Positions 35,311-47,309 of a stretch of DNA of 64,000 nucleotides are shown here, one piece after another. The position numbers and the translations under genes are program-made. The stretch is taken from positions 37,758,001 to 37,822,000 of the forward strand of contig JANJGN010000026.1 in NCBI GenBank assembly GCA_026770705.1, read 5' to 3'. Each line of letters opens with the position of its first letter. Position 1 is the stretch's first letter. Under the pieces are notes generated by a model. The model was not told the DNA's origin. It did no database searches and saw nothing but the letters and a program-made list of their open reading frames with translations. The DNA comes from Isurus oxyrinchus. Its lineage: Eukaryota.

Positions 35311-38300
35311 ATACAGGCTAATTTCTTATTCCATATTGTCCAACCAAATAGGTCAAGGACTGCTACAGCACGGATTAAAAGAGGATAAAACTCTCTCTGC
35401 ATTGCCTAACCGAACACTCCCAAGACAGATATATCACTGGTTTACAATCAACCAAATCTCCTTCAACAGTTTGTCTGTCGTTTCTGAATTGTCCTTTCTG
35501 ACTGTCACAATGGGTTGGGCATCTCATTTCTGAGGTGCCTGGTCAAAAAGTCAAACTTTCACATTTCTCACAGATACAAGTTTTTTGAAGAAATAAATCA
35601 AATTACACTTCCTGAAATACAGGAGAGTGAACCAGACGGTTTTCAACCAGTCAGGAAGATTCTTGGTCCCAGCACAATGAGCACACGCACTGAAACAGAA
35701 CAGACACAAATGGTGCAACAAGCGAGTTCCCAGCAGAGAGATCTGTTCAATCTGTCCATTTCACTCAAGCTGTTTGATTCTAATTGATCAAAGGTCAATT
35801 TACTACAATTATTCTATAACTTCTTTGAAATTAATCTGATTTTCATTTCAAACTTCCCTTTTAAGTCCATCTAATTCTCTCTGATCTGTCTCGAATCTCC
35901 AAATAATATAGGATTTAAGTTACCCTGAAAATGAGCACAGCAAAAATTACAGGTTCAAGATAAATTGGTGTCCATAACAGAGACTCAATGACAGGGTAAG
36001 AATTAAACAAATCAGGAAACATTCATATTGAAAACCGATTACCCGCTGATTTGATTTGATTTTAGGTATGAATAGAACCAATAAAAACATCAAGGCGGAA
36101 TTCCTTACCGATCTGAGCACAGCTGAGTAAGAAAAGTATTCTTTTCTAAATTAATTTCGGATTCAATTAAAAATTCTCTCCATTGAGATTTTGCATTCAT
36201 TATAATGACCATTATACTATTTAGTTGTTGGAGCACATTTATGTTGAATTAATTATCACTAATATTATATTGTAAGCTAATGATCTTGTTATTGCCGACT
36301 CATTTTCTTGTCAGCTGATTTCTACTCTATAATATTAAAAATGGTTTTCAAAAATTGAAAATTTGTTTCTCCCTGGTACTTAGTGAAATAATTGGGGTTT
36401 ATTTAAATCAACCTGACACTGAAACAATGTTAAACAATAAACTGCAAATTGCTAGATGGTAACATTCAGGCAAGTGTATCAATTTTACTTAAATCTAAGC
36501 ACAATATACGATTTTGCTTCTACTTCTACTGCTCTGATTTAACCAACAATATTGCAAGCTATGCGTGTTTCCGAACGCATTGAGAAATCATAAATTCCAT
36601 CTATTCTCATCGAGTAATTCACAGGGTGAATTTATCAGTGGAATATTGGAAATACTTTCAAATCTGGCCGGGTTCACATCGCATTAAGTGTCGATGAGCT
36701 GTAATATCATCTGTTTGCTAAAGGAAACTTTTCTTAACTCCAAACTATATGTAAGAAAATGTTCCTGGCAGTTACTTATTATCAGTAAAATGTTTCCTTG
36801 ATAAAAATCCCTATTCGTTAATTGTTACATTTTTGTTCATTGAAAGAAGATCCAAACTGATCAATATAAAACTTGATGAGAACAGTTCATTCATATCATC
36901 TGTGACACTGAAATATAATCAGCAAATTGAATCGAGATTTTGTTCTTCAATTTAATATTTAATAAGAATTAAGCATGAATCTCAGATATAATCTGTTCTT
37001 CTCCTATAATCCTAACCTGTGCACAGTACAGCTCTGATAGACAGGATGTTGTTATTAAAATCAAAACTAACATTAATGTTTGCAATTAAATTAATTTGTT
37101 CTAATTTCAAGCCTTTCCTTGTCAATCTCTATTCATATGCAATCTGCACCTTCCTACAGTTCAAAAAAACGTAAGAACAATTCATTTACTGCCAGCGAAT
37201 TCCACCCCTCACCCCCACCAACCCCAGAAAACTGTTTAAGATTAGATTAGTGACAATTGTCTCGCTATCCAAATCCCAATGACATTGAAGGAATAATATG
37301 GTTACAGTTGCACAGAAAGAACGTAACAACCGGATAGACACATTGCCAAACTGAAATGTCAAACTCCTCTTTAAGTCAATGCAACCGTTATCAGCGATAT
37401 AACAAATAATTCAAAATCCCATGTGAAATTGACCAAATTTGTAGAATCAGTATATTCTTATTGAAATTGTTTCATTAATAAATCACAAAATGTTTCCAGC
37501 CTAAAAACTTTCCCGAGCATGTTAATTGTGCGCAGTGCCCAACAAAATTATGAAAGGCCGATTAATGATCAATTATGTTAATATGAAAGCTGTTCAGTTA
37601 ATATAGAGAAATATTACCACATTATAATTGTTTGAATTGTATTAGTTTTACTCTACAACTTGAAAATGTGGTAATTATATAGTTTCTGATTGCATTAACG
37701 AATTATATTCTGAATGAGCGCCATAATCCATGGTTTAGTTTAATCTGCAATTATCACTTAAAATAAAGACAACATGTTCTAACACATCTTTAAGAGCTTT
37801 TTTCCCATTTCTGAAACCTGTCTGTTTTCTGCCTACAATCGCGCTTCAAGCAGATACGAACGCGGAGGCTGCTTCGATTCAATCGCAAAACGTGTAACCG
37901 CTCAATATCACCGAGTTTAAACAAAGCAGAAACAATGCAGAACCGCCAAACCGTTTCATAAATTCTACTTGTTCAAAGTCACCCAGACACACAATCTCCT
38001 CAGCAGAAAAACACCAAATCACATCACTGAGGGGCTGAAACCCGTTTCATGGAGAAGCAGCTCAATTCTACAAACACTTCCAACAGAATCCAATGTAATA
38101 TTGCAAGAAAATCTCAATATCGAATCCAGACAACCGCTCGTCACCAAATGAATGAATAATTAAACTAAACAGAAATATGGAATAATGTCAACAGCATTGT
38201 GAGTAGGCGGAACATGTTCAATAAATTAATATTGAAACTTAAGCATATTTTGTTAACATTGGGTTTGATTTCAAACTTGTTTAAACCCTTGTGCAACAGA

Positions 38301-38643
38301 TGGTAAAACCCGCAGCCATTAGATGTCACCGAGATTAAACATTGCAGAAACGTCAAACTGTTTTTACAAACGTTAGATATTTCAAGAAGCCCGGCCACAC
38401 AGTATCCTCAGCAGATAAATACCAAATCACAACAACCAGGGTCTCAATCCCTCAGCAACATTTTTTATCAAGACACAGCGGAATTACATAACTCAATTTC
38501 AGCAGAATCACATGAAACATTGTAAAAATTCTGCATACAGAATCCATCAAACCCAGGTTTCGTTGGCTGAATGAATTATTAAAATAGACAAAAAAAACAA
38601 ACACTCAAATAAAACAGTTACTAAATAAATGTGTGGTTCTTAC

Positions 38644-38691
38644 CTGCAGTCACCGTCACCATGGTCCCTTGTCCCCAGTAGTCCATCCCGT
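38644..38691 (-). CDS. IGHJ: JH gene segment
   Basis: AC GGG ATG GAC TAC TGG GGA CAA GGG ACC ATG GTG ACG GTG ACT GCA G|gtaag = GMDYWGQGTMVTVTA (WGxG motif). Confidence 0.97.
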
Positions 38692-38730
38692 CACAGTGTT
38701 ACATTCCCTGGGCTGTGCCATACAATAACT
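38692..38730 (+). promoter_or_regulatory. JH RSS, 23-bp spacer
   Basis: CACAGTG (38692-98), 23 nt, ACAATAACT (38722-30). Confidence 0.93.
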
Positions 38731-39059
38731 GTCCCTGCACCAAAAAGACAGAAATCCACCATTATTTTAAATATTCCTAAGTCAGAGGCAAAGGGAGGTC
38801 ACGATGAATCTTCGCGAAATTATATTTGCGTTTGTAGATATCTGTAGCTACTCATCAATGATCCTCGAGTTTTATAATTCACAGAATAACACATGAACAT
38901 GTTATTGAATTCACCAATTGATGAATGGATAATTATCACAGCTTTTCCATCTTAAACCAGGTTTTTTGGGCAGTGCTGGACAAAAATAATACTTCATTGT
39001 AAATATAGCAGGATTGTAAAAGCGAGCACTGACCCAGGCAGACTCAATTAGTGCTGAGG

Positions 39060-39128
39060 GGTTTTTGTATTGACAGTAACTGCTGTGCCATCCAGCATAT
39101 CACAGTGAGAGACACCATGTCAAATACT
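39060..39128 (-). other. IGHD: DH2 segment (39088-39100, ATATGCTGGATGG) with 12/12 RSSs
   Basis: + strand GGTTTTTGT-12-TGCTGTG-[13 nt]-CACAGTG-12-TCAAATACT. Confidence 0.93.
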
Positions 39129-39437
39129 GCGGCAGACTGTTAACTGTAAATACAGAGATTTAATTTCACTGCGCTCTCAAAAACCTGATTCCGACTCACC
39201 TAAGTGTGAATCAGTGAGGTATTTCAGCCTGTGCTGGTCATTATATTTTAAATGTGACTGGAGGTCTTTAAAAGCCTCTGTGAAGATTTAGCGTGTCCGT
39301 AAACACAAACAAAGCGGAATACTTTTATATATTTTTGCAAACCAATATTACTTATACCCATTATTTTATTTAGCTCCCATTTTCTTTGACTTTTCCTGTT
39401 GTGATAGTGATCACCAATTTGAACAAACTCCTTCTGA

Positions 39438-39517
39438 AGTTTTTGTAAGAGGATGTCGCTGTGCACAGCACTGTGACCCCCTGTAGTATCACAGTGAAAT
39501 ACACCCGCACAAAAACT
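39438..39517 (-). other. IGHD: DH1 segment (39476-39489, ATACTACAGGGGGT) with 12 (V-facing) / 22 (D2-facing) RSSs
   Basis: + strand AGTTTTTGT-22-CACTGTG-[14 nt]-CACAGTG-12-ACAAAAACT; the classic shark D1 layout. Confidence 0.95.
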
Positions 39518-39887
39518 GCACCCACTCTCTGTTCAGTGCTGCCTCGCAATATTTACTTCAAATAGACGTTTACTTCTGATCTAGTTTAGTATTTATGCAG
39601 CAATTTACAAAACTCAATGAATAGTGATCCCGTCCAAGTATCAGACATATTAAAATGAACATTATATCTATGTCTGTAATTGTGGAAACTATTAACAGTA
39701 AATGTAAGCACAGCCAAAAGCTCAGCCCATTATATCAATTGGTTTGTTAGGTTTTATAGTTAAATTTGCTGCTTTACTTTGGTCAGAAGCGACTTGTTGT
39801 CGGGTTCTGATCATTACAGTTAATATTACATTTAAAACAAGTACTGACCGTCAGGTTACGATGGCAGTTGTTGAGTTTCTCTCGATC

Positions 39888-39926
39888 TGTTCTTGTTCGG
39901 GTCCAGCCCTGGTTCCTCTCGCTGTG
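39888..39926 (-). promoter_or_regulatory. VH RSS, 23-bp spacer
   Basis: Minus strand CACAGCG, 23 nt, ACAAGAACA directly after YYCARD. Confidence 0.9.
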
Positions 39927-40231
39927 GTCTCTTGCACAGTAATAGATGGCGGTGTCTTCAGTCTTCAGGCTCGTCATGTCCAAGGAGAAGATGTTCCTTG
40001 AAGTGTCTTTGGACGCAGTGAATCGATTCTTAATTGCTGGGGCATAGTTGTTGCTGGATGAACTATAGTAGTAAAGCAGCCACTCCAGCCCCTGTCCGGG
40101 AACCTGTCGGACCCAGTACATGTAAGCACTGCCAAGATTGAAGCCGCTGGTTTTACAGGTCAGTCTCAGGGAGCCTCCGGGACGCCCGGTCTCTGCCTCT
40201 GGCTGAGTCAAAACAACCTCCGACTGAACAC
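39927..40231 (-). CDS. IGHV: VH exon (germline, unjoined)
   Basis: cag|GT...: [31 protein letters not shown]...[13 protein letters not shown]...RFTASKD...DTAIYYCAR; canonical Cys/Trp/Cys, no stops. Confidence 0.98.
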
Positions 40232-40360
40232 CTGTAAAAATAAATCAAAAACCCCGAGGATTAATCCTGGTGAAATGATTTCTGACTCTGTAACATTCCA
40301 GAGAGAGACTAACACTGAGACAGTAACAGTGAGAGACTTGGACAATAAAAAACTACTCAC

Positions 40361-40406
40361 GGGATAAGAAAGTCAGCAACAAACTGAGAGAAATCGCCGA
40401 CCTCAT
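40361..40406 (-). CDS. IGHV: VH leader exon (in-frame upstream ATG at 40418)
   Basis: MRSAISLSLLLTFLS C|gtgagt, phase 1, 129-nt intron to the V exon. Confidence 0.93.
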
Positions 40407-40494
40407 CGTTTTGGTCATTTGGGGAAAATGGTTCTGTCCAGAACTCAGTGAACAAACCAGCTCCCGGACTGTTGGATTCCGGCCCCAGTGAGTG

Positions 40495-40550
40495 GCATTT
40501 AAATACCCGGCAGAAAGGGGCGGGTTTCCAGGCGCCGCCTGTTGATTCCC
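40495..40550 (-). promoter_or_regulatory. VH promoter: TATA-like TATTTAAAT and GC box
   Basis: atttaaata at 40497-40505 and ggggcggg at 40517-40524, ~80-110 nt upstream of the ATGs. Confidence 0.6.
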
Positions 40551-42329
40551 TGGTGGAGGCGGCGACTGGATCCATGCCCCACCTTCCAAATCCCCATCAG
40601 AATGGACTCGATATTTACAATAAGTTATTGTGAAAAGTGGAAATTTTATCTGTATCGGGATATTTGGCTGAATGGATTCATTGTAATGTCTCCATTGGTT
40701 CTAATGGCGAAATTGCATTTGAGCGTCTATTAATAAAAATCTAATTCCATTCTAAATTAAGTCCATTTATTTCTACACTACTGCCCCCGGGGTTGAGCCT
40801 AAAAAAATTACATTATCAGGGAATAAAGGTCAGTCTGTTTTGCAGCAACCCCGGGTCTATATCTCACTACAATAATTAAGCGTCATCAGTCATAGGAATT
40901 ATTATTGATTTTTGTAACTAAATGCGGGGGATGAACAAAGTGATTCTATTTACAGCCAGGGTGGCTATCGCTGTTCAATTTGGATCCGAAGATAAGAAGA
41001 ATCTCCTCACATTATACAATGCCTCTCCTTGCATTTCTCGATCTGCCCAGTTCCAAAGACAGTCCTGTGAAAATTAGCGATAAAAGAAGCCCGCCTGCCT
41101 GATAAGTCAACAGTAAGTTTACAGAGAAACGTAAAATTTACATCAACTTTTGACAAAGAAGTTAATGAATCAGAACAGACACGGAGATCAGAAAAGTTAT
41201 CCTTCAGCATCCAAATCATTGCAGCTGATTTTATTGGCCTCCCGCTGTCTACCATTCACTGGTATTGGGAACACAGGATATCAGGACTTTGCGGCATATT
41301 ACACAATATCACAAGAATAAATGTTTTATCTTCCACTGAAGCTGGTCACGAACTTATCATTTCTCCACTCATTGGCAGCTATGAGAGGGACTGTTAAATA
41401 ATCGAAATCATCACAAAGTAAACTGTGCAGTTCACGGTGCTAATGAGGTATAAGGGACACCACAGGCTAAATGAGGTGCACAACTGGAGGAATATTCAAG
41501 GAATTCCTGCAGGTTCAATACAATTCTATGATGTTCTTTTAATTTAATTTCTTTTAATTTTTTTCCATTCTACTTAACTCATTAGACTGGGGGATTGAGA
41601 CCATCAACATCGCTCTCTCGCACTCCATGAAGTTCTTAATAAACCGGCTTTAATAACTGGAATGCCCTTTACTTAGAAATAATATAAGTTAAGTAATATG
41701 TGGTGAATTTAATATTTTCTGATCGAGTTTAATTTCACAGTGAACACGGCATTCATTCAAATATTTCCTTTAATGAAGTACCATTTAAAATGTGCCTTTC
41801 CTGTGCCACAGAAATATTTATTGTTTGAATGGCTAAAGCCATTTTGTTCAATCATATCCCGGCTAATCCGACCCACACAGTATTTGGAAGCAAGCCAGCC
41901 AGCTGCAGTCAGGGAGGGTCGAATGTCCGATGTTGTTTACAGGAAGCATCTGGGGGGTTTGTGCAGTTAATCAAAGATCTGTTTCCTCAGAACTGGCCGC
42001 TTGGCTGCAAGCCAACTTCAAACCCTTAGTATTGTCAACAAAGCCTATTTATAAACAGATCTACCCAGCAACAATACTGGAGTCACTTTTATTTTTTAAG
42101 TTGTGAACCTATGTGAACTGTTCCCATCTCTCAGGGAAGAAAAGTTATCCAGCTTCTCTGACACCCTGTTAGCAACAATAGCTCATTGGAGGATCTCTCT
42201 AACACATCATAAAAGTCTGATGGATGGATGGAAAGAATTACAGACAGACTATTAGAGAGGACTCAGAGAGACATGTTTTTAACAGTCAAACATATACATT
42301 TGTGTGACTTTTTTGCCCCTTTACTCTTT

Positions 42330-42690
42330 CACGGTATTTGGGAGTCATTGGCAAGGCCAGCATTTGTTGCCTGTCCCTAATTGCCTTTGAACTGAGTGCC
42401 TTGCTCGGCCGTTTCAGAGGGCAGTTAGAGTCCATCATGTTGCTGCGGATCTGGAGTCACATGTAGGCCAGACTAGGTACAGTGGCAGATTTCCTTTCCT
42501 GAAGGACATTAGTGAATCAGATGAGTTTTTTTCCACAATCGATGGTGGTTTCACGGTTTCCTTCACTGGACCAGCTTTCAATTACAGATTTATTATTGAA
42601 TTTAAATTCCACCAGCTGCTATGGTGGGATTTGTATTCGTGTCTTTGTTGCTTATCCAGTGACATTAATGCAACACAACCATCTGCCAAA
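42330..42690 (-). mobile_element. SacSINE1-like SINE
   Basis: Antisense copy of the SINE body (ctggagtcacatgtaggccagac...gatttcctttcctgaaggacattagtgaa). Confidence 0.7.
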
Positions 42691-43409
42691 GAATGGAGGG
42701 ATGAATGGTAGTTGGATGCCTGAGTATTTTGATTAAGGAATCAATGAATGGGTTGACCGATGTATCGATCGGCGCACCTGAAAAATGCTGTTCTACCTTC
42801 CCATCTTGGTGCATGACTACTTTATATCTTGAAGCAGGTTCAGTATTTTATTTCTATCAGTCTAATACCTTCAGTGCCTCCAGATTTTCTGGATGTATTC
42901 CATCCCCAGGCTAACGAGCGAAACGTCACAAGAGAAGGCTGCAGATGTCCCTGCAGTACTGATGATTCTTCCCTGCTGATGGTAAATCATCATCTTTCAG
43001 ACAGAAAGCGGGTACATAATTCGGTTTAGGATGGAGGATTGTAATATTTGAAATATGTGGTCCTTGCATGTACAACAAAACATTCAACATATCCTCACCC
43101 AAATTAGTGAAGGTAACATATATTACTCACTGGAGAGACGCATTAACTTAGTCAGGTCCAGGTAGTTTTCTTTATACCATCACTTTACAAATCCTCACAC
43201 ACTCCAGTTACATATCAGGAGTTTCTGTGTGATGATGAGGTGATTACTTGTCAATAAAGCGCAGAGGCTGCTGGGTAGTTGCTCATTAACCTCGGTCTGA
43301 TTTAATTCCATTTCCCACTAAATTCTGGGACAGATGTAATTCATTGCTGACAGAATGGTCAATCAATGTTAATGATATTAAATGAATCGCAATTACATTT
43401 GAATGGAAT

Positions 43410-43685
43410 AAAATGCTGAAAATGATTGGTTCATGCAATTATTAATCTTTGTGAATGGATGATAATTTCTGAACTTAATTATTTGTCTTGTGAATTGATG
43501 GTAATTGGTGAATATAATTATTTATATTTGTGGGTTAATGATAATTGGTGAACATAATTATTTATCGTTGTGAATTGATGCTAATTGGTGAATATACTTA
43601 TTTATCTTTGCGAATTGATGATATTTCTTGAATATAATTATTCACCTTTGGGAATTGATAAAGGTTGGTGTTGATAATTATTTGC
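43410..43685. repeat. 40-bp AT-rich minisatellite, ~6-7 copies
   Basis: tgtgaattgatg.taattggtgaatataattattta recurring at 43489, 43529, 43569, 43609, 43649. Confidence 0.9.
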
Positions 43686-43939
43686 CTTTCTCCGCCTTTA
43701 CGACCTTCTTCTCTGTTGAAAGATAAGATTCATTCCACAGGAGGTGAATGATACAAAAATCACCACACTATCTGAAAACAAAGCTGGCAGGTGAGACTGC
43801 AACATCTACAGGGATATCTCACTCAGAGAGTCACGGAGAAGGCCATTGCTTGGGTCATGCTTTAAAGACATCATCTGGTTTCAGGCTGAAGCACAGTGTG
43901 ATGTTTGTGGCAGATGATAAACTCTGGTCATGATTTGCT

Positions 43940-45180
43940 CCATACCCTAGACACCGTCAGCAGAGCACCACTCTACAAGATTTTTGGGAAAATTGGCTGT
44001 TCACCAAAGCTCCCCAGTCTCATCCACTCCTTCCATGACAACATGCACTGCACTGCACAGATTGGTGATTCTTCTTCCAACAGATTCGGAGTGAAGAATG
44101 GAGTGAAACAGGCTTGTGTCCAACTCCCACTCTGTTGGGCAGCTTTTTCATGCAGCTGATCTTTGTCTTCCCTTTCGATATGGAAGGAGTCGACTTACAC
44201 ACTCGATCAGACCACAAGCTCCACAATCTTTTAGACAGAAAGCGAATACAAAAACACATTGAATCCTGATCAGAGAATTCCTCCACGCTGATAACTCTGT
44301 CATCAAAACGGAAACTTATCCACAAAGACTGATGAACTGACTGTTCCAAGCCTGTAACTTGTTCTCCCTGACTTTAAGCATGGAGAAAACTGTGATCATG
44401 GGAAAAGGTGTTGCATTTCCGTCACTGATCACACTAAATAACAAACGGATGGAAGTAAATTCCACTCCCTGGATTCCATGGTGATAGGCAGCCTGTTCCT
44501 TGATGAAGAACCTGATACCCACATGGGGAAAGCAGCTGCCACCTTTGCCTGACTCATGAAACGCCCCTGGAATAACATCAAACTGACCCTTAGGAACAAG
44601 CTGATGGCTTTTAAGGCTTGTGTACTCAGCACCTTGTTGAATGGCTGTGAAACATGGGCGATTTACCGTTATCAAGTAAAGAAGCTCCACAATTTCCATC
44701 TTCAATACCTGCTGCGCATTATGGGTATGTACTGGCTGGATAAAGTCACGAATGCAGTGATACTCTCAAAGGCAGAGCTCCTAAGGCTGAAGAACTCATC
44801 AAACAGAAGTGATTTTTGTGGCTTGTGAACATTCGCAGATGGAAGATGGTCACAGACACAAGGATTTTCTGTTTGGTGAGGGAGTTGGAGGCAGACAACC
44901 AGTGGGATGCCCAAAGCTCTGCTTCAAGGCTGTTTAAAGTGAAGGCCCTAAATATCGATTATCACAACTGAGTGTAACTAACTGACAACTGAGGAAAATG
45001 GCGACACCTCCTGTGGATTGGCATGAATCACCACGATGACCAGCGGCTAAAGCGGTTTGGAAATCGAGGCCAACACCGGGAAAAAAAACCTAGCCACAAC
45101 GACACTTTGTAGCTTCATGTGCAGCACTTGTGGCAGAGCCTGCCTCATAATGATTGAACTCCTTAGCAATCAGCAAATCT
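43940..45180 (+). mobile_element. RTE-clade LINE, decayed RT and C-terminus
   Basis: DTVSR..LYKIFGKIGCSPKL...FGVKNGVKQAC; FKACVLSTLLNGCETW...KVTNAVILSKA; terminal CSTCGR. Confidence 0.85.
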
Positions 45181-46104
45181 GAAATGGGTTTGTTTCCATT
45201 GTGTGTCTGTAACCTTTCATAGATGGAATGTTGTCCAGAATCTTCATGAATTTCAGTTGCAAACAATGTGATTTGCTTCTCGCTCTTTCTCTCCCTCCCA
45301 ATCTCCCTCACACACACACAGACCAAAATGGCATCTTGTGCTTCAACTTAAGATGCCACCTTGACTTCCTGGGAGGCTCCATAGCCCTTAACTATTGAAG
45401 AAAATTACCCTAACTGTCTATCAGGTGGTATCATGAACCAATAAACTCTTCCCAAGACTATATTTGTTGAGGTGGATATTAAAGCTCCCGCCAACTCTAT
45501 ACAGCTCCCTGGTCAACATCCCTCCCTTTGATCAAGATGAACAAAGTTACATGACCAGGAATTGGGCCACTTTATTCTGGTGCTGACTTTAACGTGCGTT
45601 AATCAAACACATTCAACTGTAATTAGTTGAATTTTGTTAAATTTTGACACCTCCCGCAGAAGGCGATGTGGTATTACATCTAGGGAAGTGGATTCTTGAT
45701 ACAATAATGTCAAAGATCTAACCTGTCAGCGACATTTTCACAGTAGCTACAATTGCAAGGTTTGGCCAGCAGATGGACATGAAATCTTGATGGACACATT
45801 CTATAGAACAGGCATTGACTCAGTTAATACTGCACGGGACCCTGTCTCTGTCTTTTTAAATTGGACTCCATTTATTTTTATGTTAGACCAAACACTCTCT
45901 CTTTATATTTCAATGTACCCTGTTTCAATTAATACTGCACCAGTCAGTACCAATATTTATATCACACAGTCCGGAAGTTCCTAATTCAAACCAATTGGAT
46001 TTACCTCTGCAGTCCTGTCACATCCAGTTGTAAATGGTGGTGGACAAGTAAACAAATAACTGGAGAATGGGGCTCCACAAAGTTGTGGCTCTGGAGTTAT
46101 ATGT

Positions 46105-46600
46105 ATGGGAGGCAGTGATGTGCTGCTATTCTCACTGGGCTAGTAAATCGTTGGGGGTCTGGGTTTGAATCCCACCACGGTATGTGGTGAAATTTGAAAC
46201 AAAAAATCTAATGATGACCATGAAACCATTGTCGTAAAAATCCAGCCTAACAAGCTGGTGTTCTCAAGGGGGCATTTAGGGACGGGCAATAAATGCTGGC
46301 CTAGCCAGCGCCGCCCCCATTCTCATGAACGAACAAACAAAAAAATGTAGTCCTGACTGGGTAAGGAGGGCAGATTACCTTACCTAAAGGACATCGGTGA
46401 ACCAGGTGGATATTTATGATAATTGATTATAGTTTCATGGTCACCATTATTTAGACGAGCTTTCAATTCCAGATTTATTAATTGAATTTGGATTCCACAT
46501 GCTGCCATAATGGGATTCAAACCCCTATCCCCAGGGGAAAGGCTTGGATCTCTGGGTTAATGATCCAGTGATGTTCCCACTGTACGATCGTCCCTCCCAT
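46105..46600. mobile_element. Two SacSINE1-like SINEs tail-to-tail (+ 46105-46345; - 46350-46600)
   Basis: Heads gggtttgaatcccaccac (+) and gggattcaaaccc (-). Confidence 0.6.
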
Positions 46601-46704
46601 GTTATACAGGATCCTGGTTCGATTATTAATTCCCTGAGAACTACATTATTTCTATTGTGCTGGATCAGGCCTCTGTTTGTATTAAAATAGACCCTATCTC
46701 ATTA

Positions 46705-47095
46705 ATAACAAAACAAAAACAGAATAACCTGGAAAAACTCAGCAGGTCTGGCAGCATCGGCGGAGAAGAAAAGAGTTGCCGTTTCGAGTCCTCATGACCC
46801 TTCTCATTAATGTTCCACTGGAAGCCATCCCAGTTTGTATTGCACTGGATTCTTTCTCTGTTTATATTACACTAGGCCCTGTCTCTGTTAATGTTATATT
46901 AAATCTTGACTATGTCTACATTATAGTGGTCATTGTAACTATGACACTAGGCTATGTTTCTGAAGAAGAGGCATATGGACTCGAAACATTAACTCTTTTT
47001 CTCTCTCCACAGATGCAGTCCAACCTGTTGAGTTTGTCCAGCATTTTCTGCCTTTATTTCAGATTTCCAGCATTTGCAGCATTTTGCTTTTATCT
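46705..47095. mobile_element. Two Penelope pLTR fragments in opposite orientation flanking 27-bp-satellite relics
   Basis: 46705-46803 (-) and 46958-47092 (+), both with the gtc...gactcgaaac hairpin. Confidence 0.65.
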
Positions 47096-47309
47096 ATGCC
47101 TCTGTTTAAATTATGGTCGCATTACTCCATGTTTCTGTGAGATGGAGAGATAATATGATAAATAAAGATGTTAGGCTAGAAATCAGTATCTGGCAGTAGC
47201 CTGAAAGGACAGTATCAGATTGGCCATATATGCTACACAGCACTTGATATTCATTTTCAGTGCAGTCAGCAGAATTAGATTTCAGATATCCCTTCTTTTC
47301 CGGCGCCAA

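Noticed and set aside
41432-41765. Isolated heptamers CACGGTG (~41432) and CACAGTG (~41735) upstream of VH
   Set aside because: No credible nonamer at 12 or 23 nt and no adjacent V/D/J coding sequence.
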